Source: Octopus vulgaris (taxonomy: Eukaryota). Taken from it: 64,000 nt of DNA. Made by a program: the position numbers and the translations under genes. Under the pieces are notes generated by a model that did not search any database, was not told the DNA's origin, and worked only from the letters and a program-made list of their open reading frames with translations. This document shows positions 1 through 10,978 of the stretch, piece after piece. The DNA lies in the NCBI GenBank assembly GCA_951406725.2, contig OX597816.1, positions 34,038,001-34,102,000 of the forward strand. Reading direction: 5' to 3'. Numbering within the stretch: the stretch's first letter is position 1; every line of letters starts with the position of its first letter.

Positions 1-136
1 GTAATTTGTTTCATGTGCAACGTAAGCTATAAGTAACGCGAGTATACAGTTTGAAAATAAGGAAGAAGCAATGTAATATGTGAAGAAAATTAAAAATGTG
101 TATTAGGAATATTAGGATGAGGAAAAGTCAAATACG

Positions 137-288
137 AAAACGAAGAAGAAGTAGTAGTAGTAGTAATAGTATTAGTAGAAGAAGAAAGAAGAAGAAGAAG
201 AAGAAGAAGAAGAAAAAGAAGAAGAAGAAGAAGAAGAAGAAGAAGAAGACGAAGTAGAAGAAGACGAAGAAGAAAAAACGAAGTAGTG

Positions 289-337
<49 letters not shown>

Positions 338-345
338 TAGACGAA
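137..345. repeat. Compound (GAA)n/(GTA)n trinucleotide microsatellite
   Basis: Visible alternating GAA and GTA runs; explains the poly-F/poly-L ORF 128..481. Confidence 0.95.
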
Positions 346-1680
346 AAAAAAGAAGAGTAAGAGAGATACGTAATGCGATGGAAAATATTGGAAAAGGGTG
401 GGAAGGAAGATGGAGATATTGAAGAGAAATATTAAAGAAATACGGTGAGAAATAGAAAGAATACAAGAGCAAAAAATGCAACGTGATATGAAGACTTAGA
501 ATCGAGGAAATGATTTTAAACTAGTTTAAAACAGTGCTCTTTGTTGTTAAGCAAGTCAAGAAAACTATTTCACTTCGTCAAATAATTCTCAATTTCACTA
601 ATGTCTGCTTTTGGGTGGTCTACGATATTTTAAAACGTTCATTAAATTAAATTAATATCTGTCTGATTGTGTAAATGATACTTGGCTCGTTTATGGAGAT
701 TAGCGCTAAGTGTTCGATATTATGCTTAGGTAATTCTAGCAAACACAACTTTCTCGTCCATTACTGCAGCTATTCTACTCTTTGGAGCAACCTCAGTTCG
801 TGAAACATCACTTCAGCCACCCCACTTTTTTTTTTGGATCTCTCCTCATCTCATCACACTTATTCAATCCAACACCGATTTCAAAGATCACACTAATCTA
901 TAAGCTCAATCTTTCTCTTCCAGAGAGTTAATCTCCAGTAGTCTTCCACCGGTTATGTGTTCCCGCAATGGTTGAATGACGATATTTGGAGAGGGTCACC
1001 AATGGCATGACACTCATCGGCTTCATGAGACGACAAATATCATAACCACTGCTCCTCCATATTGACCAAGCAAGCACACAATTACAAATTTCTGTGGCGT
1101 TAGTGAAGCTACAAGGATTACACCGATGCTAACCTACGTGTAATAAAGATCAGCTAGAAGTATTTTGAAAAAAAAATAAATGTATTGAAACGCAAAGAAT
1201 AGAGTCTGACTTAAAATGAATCCAAAAAGAATCATGACTTGGACTGTCTTAATGACCTCAAAAAATCTGAGGGCCACGACAAAATGTCGGAGGAGCTGGT
1301 GGGCTCGGGAAAGTGCTTGGTGTCATTTGTTTGGACCCTTTGTGACCAGACTTCAAATCACACCCATATCAACTTTCCCATTGCTCTTTTCGAGATCGCC
1401 AAATTACGTTATAAAAAATGAACTGAACACGATTATGCGTCTACAACCAAACTTACTTGCAGTGAGCTAAATTTGAAAACATTAATATTATCATTGTAGC
1501 CGAGTTATATATGGCGGTAAGAAGGAGTCTTGCTTTTGTCATAATAGTATGTGAGCGTGATATAAAAAATATTGTGGTAAAATATGGCCTTACACTATAG
1601 ATTAATATCAATTAATACATACATATACAATTATACACATTGCATATTAATCTACAATATATATATATATATATATATAT

Positions 1681-1826
1681 GATAGAGCGTTAGCTCCTAC
1701 AGACATTTCTTTCTCTCCTTGTATCTCTCCTCGTTTTTTTCTATGTATCTTTCTGTCGAAGAGCGTAGGCTCGAAACGTAAAAGACTTTATTTTATTTCT
1801 ATTCCTGAGCGCTATAATAATACATT
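1681..1826 (+). mobile_element. Penelope-like pseudo-LTR fragment next to (TA)n
   Basis: Contains an HHR-like motif; downstream ttcctgagc...aataatac matches the reverse complement of 44032-44053. Confidence 0.6.
1748..1785 (+). ncRNA. Minimal type-I hammerhead ribozyme-like motif (variant core)
   Basis: TCTTT-CTGTCGA-A-GAGC-gtag-GCTC-GAAA-CG-TA-AAAGA: stems I and II pair; core differs from CUGANGA at position 6. Confidence 0.6.
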
Positions 1827-2113
1827 GGGATGAGTGTGTGAGCCGCACTTATGTGTACGAGTGGTTCAGACTTTTCCAAGATTGCCAAAATGTCGATATT
1901 GACGAATATACTGGGAGACCCGCAACCAGCAGAACTGGGAAAACATCGCAGATATGCATGCAGCTGAAAGGAAATCGCCGAATTATAATCTGTGAGTTAT
2001 CAAAGAATGTGCAGATTACTTACTGTTCAGTTCACTCCATTATTACTGATGATTTGGGTATGAAATCCCAAATGCGTGTCTGCAACGTTTGTAACGAAAT
2101 AGATTCCCGATGA
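1827..2113 (+). pseudogene. Decayed mariner transposase N-terminal (HTH) fragment
   Basis: SRTYVYEWFRLFQD...GRPATSRT...NRRIIICELS...SVHSIITDDLGMK follows the mariner pattern (VYEWFKRF..GRPSTS..RRITIREL..SILTEDLGM). Confidence 0.85.
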
Positions 2114-2444
2114 CCAACGAAAATTGGGGTTTTAGTTGCACAAGATCTCATTAATTGTCTCGAGATCGATAAAAACCTTTCGAAAACTTTGAGGCCTCTG
2201 AGCAGGTGTTGCCAAGGCGTTTGTTAAAATTTGATGCAGCTTCTCTTCTGAAATATCTCTGTCATTGTCAATGCTACGATCACACGTTACACATATTCCT
2301 TCCAAGTACAGCAGTAAACAGCGGAACTGAGCTAGCACGTTAAACCTTAGATGGCGGTTAATCTGTGCCAAGCAGCTTCATTCTACGTGCTTAAACCTTG
2401 TAACTTTAGCCATAGTCTGTATACTTATTTATCAGACTACGTAT

Positions 2445-2970
<526 letters not shown>

Positions 2971-3737
2971 ATATATATGTATGTATGTATCCATGTATGT
3001 ATGTATATATGTATATATAACTTACACTTAATACAATTCAGGGTGCGTTGTGTACCATTCTTAATAAATTTAAAAAATGCATTGTAAATAACCGACAACA
3101 AATAAAAATGTATACAACCGTCGACTCGGTGTAAGTATACGTTTTTTTTTTATATGTCGTTAAGTAATGGTTCGCAGTGAACCCCGACCTTAATTAACAA
3201 TAAGATTTATATATCTGTCTGACTATATATCTTGCCTTCACTCTTCCACTTTTTCTTTCTGTCTCGCCTCTTTCTTCTATATCTAGCCTTTCCACTTTCC
3301 GCATTTCTTGTCTCTCTCTCGCTCTGTGACTTGTATTTGTAGCCTCTCTGCTTTTCACCACTTCGTTCTCTCACTTTTTCACACCAGTCGTGTAAATGTC
3401 TGGTTGTATAATTTCTCTCTGCTCTGCTATCCGCCGTTTTCTATATCCTTTTGGATTTCTTCTAAGCATTACTCTCCATTCTTATATCCCTCGGGGGTGG
3501 GGTCTCAAGACTGTATTTTGGTCGTTTCTTATTTATTTCGTCTTTCTTCATTGTTTGCTCGATACCCTAAATTCTCCGCCTATTTTGTGGGGTAATCTTA
3601 TCAGTGATGATGCGAAACTGAGTGTTACCATTTGGTTGATAGGTGAGGAAGAACCAGAAATCTTCTGTGTCTGCCTCCCGCCCTGCTGTAAGCTCAGTAT
3701 ACGTATATATTCTTTTATCTGTCGTTTATTTACAATG

Positions 3738-3790
<53 letters not shown>

Positions 3791-3830
3791 GAGAGAGAGA
3801 GAGAGAGAGAAAGAGGGAGATGAGAGAGAG

Positions 3831-3887
<57 letters not shown>

Positions 3888-5448
3888 TGTTTGATATTTC
3901 ATGTAAAATTATATAGCATTGACAACTTTTATATTGAAAATAGTTCAAAATACTTCAGTAAAGAATAACTCGTTATTTTCACTAGAGTACACACACACTG
4001 TGTTTTAGTGGCGTAGATGTAATAGGCAAATATTTGTTTAATAACTAAATAATTGACATCACTCCACTTCAGCTGAAAACCATTACGGGCACATAAATGT
4101 AGAACGATTCCGAAAATACGTCATATCCGGGTCGCATCGAACAATAAATTTTGCCCGCGCTTGTTTTGTAGATAATTCGGAAATATATTCTTATTGTTCT
4201 CGAAATGATGTTCTATGTTCATTTTATATTTTTAAAAAGAAAATATGAAATTCAGTTTCGCTTTTATGTGAAATGAATTTTTGCATGTGTAGAAATTACG
4301 GTGGGATTTTAAGGTGACTTTATCGCGTTTTCTAGCAGGAAGGATGATTACGCATAAACAATCTTACTAGTTCTGATTGCTTTAATCATTATCTGTTAAA
4401 CTAGCGCTTTCATTTCACAACTTATTCCCAATATGATGTTATGTGATGCGCACTGCATTCGCTTCTGGACTCCCAAATCAAATTCATCGCAGATCTAGTC
4501 TCATTTATATAATATAATACTCTATACATTTAACTCAAAGATTTGTAAAACCCGCAATAATCAATTTTCCCTTATTATAAAACTAAGAGCTCTCAGTCGC
4601 CTGACAATTATTTTTGTGTACATAAGTTCTTCTGAAGCCTCCAACCAGTAGATAGAGAAAGAATATTTGATCTGTTGCGCTTAGTCTACTAAAAACAGCA
4701 GCCAACGTTTGATATAGAAGGAGAAATTGCATGTGAAATACTGTAATGCTAGGAATAATATTTGCGGACAAATGTTTGTACAAATAACAGAAAGTTCATG
4801 TCTGGAACAGCATTGTCTGCAAGTCAATTCGATTTGGTCTCAGCTGAAGCTAAGTAACAGTAGCAAGAAAAATAAAGCAACACCTATTACAACAACAAGT
4901 GCAACAACAACATAAACTAGCAGTTAAACTATCAATGGCAATAATAGCGGCGCAGAAAGCAACGTTATAATTACGCTGATAATTAATATAGCAGTATAAT
5001 AGCTTCAACTCGTTAAACCGTTTCAGTTATTACAACATCTTAGGATTTCATAACTGAAATTCGTATGCCATGTGACTGTGAGTTGCCAGGTCAGTGCAAT
5101 AAATACAGTATTTATCTACTAACCGTTGCCGCGTCGCAAATAACCGAGATATCATTAGGATATCTAAATTACACAACCAGGGTTCTTACTATGCACAGAG
5201 GAATTTTTTTATAATGGCAAGAAAATGAATATGAAATGAATTGGTACGCATTTGTTAGATAAGAAATATAAAGAGAAAAACAGGAAAGTCAGTCTGTTAA
5301 ATATTGTTTATTGGCTTCAAGTATCACATTCACTAATCTTACTAATTCATTCACAGGCAGCCGGGGTCCTTAAGCTGATTGCTACATAGCTTATTCATTC
5401 TTTCTTTCATTCTTTCTTTCTCTATCTCTCTCTCCCCCCCTCTCTCTC

Positions 5449-5480
<32 letters not shown>

Positions 5481-5829
5481 CAAAAAGGGAAATAATATAG
5501 ATTACTACCAGTGTCTCAGCACAAAAGACGAATTAGTCATTAGACAAAATATTATTCATATAGAAAATATATCATTCATGTAGAAATATAATTAAGGGCT
5601 CCTTATTTAGGAGCCCTTAATTATATTTCTCTCTCTCTATATATATATATATATTGTAGATAGTATAAATATAAGTTAGTATACATATATATTCGTTAGT
5701 AAATAAATATATATGTGCTAGTATAAATATATATTTATGTATATGTGCCTATAAATATTCACACATATACACGCATACACGCATGCACACGTAAATATAT
5801 ACGTACAGACACAGACGCACGCACACACG

Positions 5830-5914
<85 letters not shown>

Positions 5915-6090
5915 AATAAATATTAGGAATAAATCCAAATTTACAGGGAAAAAAAACAGATTTAGGATTAAATCCAATTTTATAGTAAAATATTATATAA
6001 TATTATTAGAGACAAAACCACTATTTTGCAAAACAAACAAGGAAAGACTTAATTAATACATAAAATTTTAATAAAAAGTCAAAAAAACCG

Positions 6091-6133
6091 CCACTACAAT
6101 TGTTTCTTGTCCTGATCGACAATCTTCAGGTGG
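6091..6133 (-). ncRNA. Minimal type-I hammerhead ribozyme (left arm)
   Basis: Reverse complement: CCAC-CTGAAGA-TTGTC-gatcag-GACAA-GAAA-CAATTG-TA-GTGG; all core nucleotides present. Confidence 0.85.
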
Positions 6134-6143
6134 ACTTCCAATA

Positions 6144-6347
6144 TATGAGATATTGGTGTGAGAGTAGTTGTATTTTTGTAATATGGGCCCTGGATTCTAA
6201 CAGAAGCACAATGTCTTGCGGGTACATGTAGAACCTTATTGATTGCCATCCTTTGTTCAGTGGACCATGGTAGTTTAACACCGTAGCACTGTAATTCTTG
6301 TCCTGACTGGACACATGAGCCACGTGGAATGGTATCTTATGCGGCAT
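6144..6347 (-). pseudogene. CEP104: CEP104 N-terminal fragment (~68 codons), left arm
   Basis: MPHKIPFHVAHVSSQDKNYSA...HGPLNKGWQSIRFYMYPQDIVLLLESRAHITKIQLLSHQYLI aligns by eye to the recalled CEP104 N-terminus (MPHKIGF...HAPTVSGWRSPRFCQFPQEIVLQM...KLQLLAHQYMI); truncated by the HHR segment. Confidence 0.88.
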
Positions 6348-6406
6348 TGTCGCTGCTCTTATGAGCATAATGATTCAAAGTCTCTCAATGATTTACAGTC
6401 TTTCTT

Positions 6407-6779
6407 TGGTTTCACTTGAAGGGAGAGAGAAGGCTAGTTGCTGCGTGACGTCTTAGAGATAAAGATTCTCTTCCGCTGTCGCCATTGGTTTCACTTGAAG
6501 GGAGAGAGAAGGCTAGTTGCTGCGTGACGTCTTAGAGATAAAGATTCTCTTCCGCTGTCGCCATCTTAGAATGGCGACAGCGGAAGAGAATCTTTATCTC
6601 TAAGACGTCACGCACGTCTCTCCCTTCAAGTGAAACCAATGGCGACAGAAGATCTTATCTCTAAGACGCTGTCGCCATTCTCTCCCTTCAAGTGAAACCA
6701 ATGGCGACAGCGGAAGAGAATCTTTATCTCTAAGACGTCACGCAGCAACTAGCCTTCTCTCTCCCTTCAAGTGAAACCA
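6407..6779. repeat. 79-nt unit (putative CEP104 5' UTR start) repeated tandemly and inverted at the palindrome centre
   Basis: ATGGCGACAGCGG...GTGAAACCA at 6407-6485 (-), 6486-6564 (-), 6571-6638 (+, internal deletion), 6639-6700 (scrambled) and 6701-6779 (+). Confidence 0.9.
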
Positions 6780-6838
6780 AAGAAAGACTGTAAATCATTG
6801 AGAGACTTTGAATCATTATGCTCATAAGAGCAGCGACA

Positions 6839-7042
6839 ATGCCGCAGAAGATACCATTCCACGTGGCTCATGTGTCCAGTCAGGACAAGAATTACAGTGC
6901 TACGGAGTTACACTACCATGGTCCACTGAACAAAGGATGGCAATCAATAAGGTTCTGCATGTACCCGAAAGACATTGTGTTTCAGTTAGAATCCAGGGCC
7001 CATATTACAAAAATACAACTACTCTCACACCAATATCTCATA
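6839..7042 (+). pseudogene. CEP104: CEP104 N-terminal fragment (~68 codons), right arm
   Basis: MPQKIPFHVAHVSSQDKNYSATELHYHGPLNKGWQSIRFCMYPKDIVFQLESRAHITKIQLLSHQYLI; the frame then reads YWKST and stops at the TGA inside the HHR core (7058-7060). Confidence 0.88.
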
Positions 7043-7052
7043 TATTGGAAGT

Positions 7053-7095
7053 CCACCTGAAGATTGTCCATCAGGACAAGAAACAATTGTAGTGG
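7053..7095 (+). ncRNA. Minimal type-I hammerhead ribozyme (right arm)
   Basis: CCAC-CTGAAGA-TTGTCC-atca-GGACAA-GAAA-CAATTG-TA-GTGG; GUA triplet, predicted cleavage after 7091; palindromic short stem III. Confidence 0.88.
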
Positions 7096-7184
7096 CGGTT
7101 TTTTTGACTTTTTATTAAAATTTTATGTATTGATTAAGTCTGTCCTTGCTTGTTTTGCAAAATAGTGGTTTTGTCTCTAATAAT

Positions 7185-7244
<60 letters not shown>

Positions 7245-7369
7245 TATATAGCAAGCAAGATAACTAATCTTAAAATCTTTGACTAGATATAAGTAGTAAC
7301 AATACCACAGGTAACTATATCATTGCTCTATTGAGAACTATGTTTCTACATTTTAACCCATCAGAAAAT

Positions 7370-7780
7370 GTTTTCCCCAGCTGCTTAGCAACACATGAGC
7401 TCTATCCGATATACTGTGGCGAAAGGAGGGAATCACGCATCTCCACCTGGGCAAGACGAGTAGACCATAGTTTCTGGGTCTTTACTCTTCATCGGTACTT
7501 GACGTTCGTTACTTTCCATTATTGTTACCCTTTATAACTGGTGTAGAGATTTTCGAAGTCGCTATTTTGGTCGTCATGAGATCAGCGATTGTCTGCCACT
7601 TCTTTGTTTATATATCGTGCGTAGGGGCGCTTGATTCTGTCTCTAAGTGTCGAGTACCCTTGACGGGTAAAGACCCAGAAACTGTGGCCTGCTGGTCTTG
7701 TCCAGCTGAAGGGGAGTAATTCGCTCCCTTCGTCATAATATATCCGACACAGAACGTGTTATTTACCAAGGGTTGAAAAA
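7370..7780. mobile_element. Diverged inverted-repeat pLTR-like cassette with degenerate HHR pair
   Basis: About 7370-7503 is a diverged reverse complement of 7649-7780; HHR-like motifs at 7457-7502 (-) and 7651-7696 (+); lies between (TA)n tracts. Confidence 0.65.
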
Positions 7781-7788
7781 GTAGTAGC

Positions 7789-7912
<124 letters not shown>

Positions 7913-8137
7913 TATAAATATATACCTGGTACCCCCTAGCTTTTGTTAAATCATGCCCTATACAATGAATAGTGAGGTGAGAATATCATGCCCGGTTGAA
8001 TAGGAGGACGTCGTAGAAAGCATGGGAGCTACACACGAGAACCACAGCGAAGCCGACTACTGACTGCTGCTGGAATAACCTCATGCACAAGAATTGCTAG
8101 CATTTTGCATGACCAACGCATTATATATATATATATA

Positions 8138-8520
8138 TGTGGCATCTTGGGCAAATGTCTTCTGCTTTAGCCCCGGGCCGACCAATGCCTTGTGAGTGGA
8201 TTTGGTAGACGGAAACTGAAAGAAGCCTGTCGTATATATGTATATATATATGTGTATGTGTGTGTGTTTCTGTGTGTGTGTTTCTGTGTGTGTGTTTCTG
8301 TGTGTGTGTTTCTGTGTGTGTTTTTGTCCCCCTAGCATTGATGGACAACTGATGCTGGTGTGTTTACGTCCCCGTCACTTAGCAGTTCGACAAAAGAGAA
8401 CGATAAAATAAGTACTGGGCTTACAAAGACTAAGTCCCGGGGTCGAGTTGCTCGACTAGAGGCGGTGATCCAACATGGCCGCAGTCAAATGACTGAAACA
8501 AATAAAAGAGAGTAAAAGAG
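8138..8520 (+). mobile_element. SINE family A, 5'-truncated
   Basis: Matches the body and AGTAAAAG tail of the full copy at 38307; central (TA)/(TG) tract. Confidence 0.9.
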
Positions 8521-8542
8521 TGTATATATATATACACACACA

Positions 8543-8577
<35 letters not shown>

Positions 8578-8578
8578 C

Positions 8579-8930
8579 AAATGAGAAACTGGAGAGGATA
8601 TAAAATCGACTTACATCAGCAGATGAACACTCCATTATATATATTTATTCAGATGTATTCGATGAATAGACACACATGTAAGAGTGGTTCATATTGGGGA
8701 GTGGATAAAAAAACTGGTAACTGTATAAACAATGGTATGAATACACATAAGCATATGGATACAAATGAGCAATTGAGCAAATGAGCAAACTAGCAAAAAT
8801 CTAAATGTCCCTAGCACCTGACCTGCACGACCATGTGTGTATTCATCCAATACATTTGAATAAAGACTTATAATGGAATGTTCACCGACTGATGTCTCTC
8901 GATTTTATATCGTCTCCGTTTTCTTATTTG
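8579..8930. repeat. Diverged inverted repeat (~100-bp arms, ~150-bp spacer) next to (TA)n
   Basis: 8579-8678 pairs with 8832-8930 (e.g. GATATAAAATCGA / TCGATTTTATATC). Confidence 0.75.
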
Positions 8931-9127
8931 GTCTATAAGTCAAGGGTAAACCACTTTTTTTTTTAACCCCAGCCCATATATAATACCTATTTACGAGATT
9001 TTCATGCAATAACTAGTACTTGCATATGAAAATATACTATCGGGAGTATATTGGATAGTTACTATTTCTTGGTTGGTTTCTCAACCTCTAACTCGCACCC
9101 ATATACATATGTGTCTATGTAAATATG

Positions 9128-9206
<79 letters not shown>

Positions 9207-9209
9207 ACG

Positions 9210-9287
<78 letters not shown>

Positions 9288-9297
9288 ATTTACACAC

Positions 9298-9351
<54 letters not shown>

Positions 9352-10170
9352 GCACACATACACACACATATGTGTACAGTTATACACCAAAAGTAGTCTA
9401 AAACTTTGGTGCATTGAAGAGGAAAAGACTTCAGATTTCGTCAGAGTTTCACATATCTAACCTTCAGATATTCGTGTGTATTTTGAAGAATATTCATGGT
9501 AGGTAAATGTTTACAATCGGTGTGATCATAATTATTTATAACTACCAAATACCCGATTTTATAATACAGGTCGTTAATATTTTTCAATTTATCAGGAATC
9601 AGCCGAAAATGATTGAGCGTTGACTGAAAATCATATATAATTAAATCGAAATTAAACATTGAATACTATGTATTGCTTATGTACATTGAAACGGTGTAAT
9701 ATTTACAAAGTATGTTAAGCAAATCGCCCTCACAGAAACGAAATCTTTGAGAAAACTATTCGGGTGAATAGATAATTTGAAATTAAAATTCAAGAGAAGG
9801 GCCAATGCTCATTACTAAACCAAATAAATAATAAATATCATAAGAAATAAATGCATAAACCTGCTATGGAATAGGTGACGCACTGGGAATAGAGAGAAAA
9901 CGAAACAGGGGATAAAGAGGAAAAGAGAAAAAAATATGGAATAGCGAAGATAAATAGAGAATAAAAAATGCTAAAGGAAAGGGAAATGTGAGAAAAGTTA
10001 AAAGACACTATTACTTGCAATTCAGAATATGCATCAAATATAGACAGAGAGTGCGGTAAGTACTTAGGCGATGTGTTAGCGATTATAAAACATCCAATAG
10101 ATAGAGAAATACTATTTACAAGGACTATTAGTTAGTGGAGAGTGTGAAAACTGAAAAAGAAAAAAATCCC

Positions 10171-10456
10171 CACAAAATGAATAAATGAGGAACGGAATTA
10201 CAGATATAGAAATGAAAAAAAAAAATGCCAATCAGAATAGAACGGAACGAAATTCAATTTCGAAATATATAATCCTTTCTACTATAGGCAGAAGGCCTGA
10301 ATTTTTTGGTTAGTTTAACGAAAAAATTCAGGCCTTCTGCCTATAGTAGAAAGGATTATATATTTCGAAATCGAATTTCGTTCCGTTATATTCTGATTGG
10401 CTTTTTTTTTTTCTTTTCTATATCTGTAAGTCCGTTTCTCATTTATTCATTTTGTG
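10171..10456. repeat. Fold-back inverted duplication (~137-bp arms, 13-nt loop)
   Basis: 10171-10307 is a near-perfect reverse complement of 10321-10456. Confidence 0.92.
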
Positions 10457-10457
10457 T

Positions 10458-10978
10458 CAGTCGATTAGATCGACCACACTACGGAATTGGTACTTAATTT
10501 ATCGACCCCAAAAGAATGAAAGGCAAAGTCGACCTCAGTGGAATTGGAACATAGCGGCAGATGAAGTACCTATTTATTTACTACCCACAAGGGGCTAAAC
10601 AAAGAGAGGACAAACAAGGACAGACAAACGGATTAAGTGGATTATATCGACACCAGTGCGTAGCTGGTACTTATTTATTCGACCCCGGAAGTCAAAGTTG
10701 ACCTCGTGGGAATTTGAACTCAGAACGTAAAGACAGACGAAATACCTATTTATTTACTACCCACAAGGGGCTAACACAGAGGAGACAAACAAGGACAGAC
10801 AGACGGATTAAGTCGATTATATCGACTCCTGTGCGTAACTGGTACTTAATTCATCGACCCCGAAGGTATGAAAGGCAAATTCGACTTCGGCGGAATTTGA
10901 ACTCAGAACGTAACGGCAGACGAATTACGACAACGCATTTCGCCCGGCGTACTAACGTTTCTGCCAGCACGCGGCCTT
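10458..10978 (-). mobile_element. Head-to-tail trimer of SINE family B
   Basis: Three successive copies of the ...CGACCCC..AAAG(G)ATGAAAGGCAAAGTCGACCTC... body (one internally deleted); tRNA-like head only at ~10900-10978. Confidence 0.85.

Larger units (their letters stand above)
5912..7187. mobile_element. Palindromic, (TA)n-flanked, HHR-terminated PLE-like cassette with captured CEP104 5' fragment
   Basis: About 5999-6564 is the reverse complement of 6571-7187 apart from a scrambled centre; one HHR per arm; (TA)n on both sides. Confidence 0.85.

Noticed and set aside
3591-3629. HHR-like GGTAA...GAAACTGAGTGTTACC
   Set aside because: Stem I and GAAA are present but the core reads CTTATCA; too decayed to call.
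6407-6779. CRISPR-like array
   Set aside because: Eukaryotic context; the units are abutting or inverted with no unique spacers.
6818-7060. Functional CEP104 gene or first exon
   Set aside because: No splice donor after HQYLI, fused to an HHR, duplicated in inverted form, only non-synonymous differences, and no further CEP104 exons recognised in the window.
6808-7092. 94-aa ORF overlapping the CEP104 fragment
   Set aside because: Alternative frame; the homology is in the 6818 frame.
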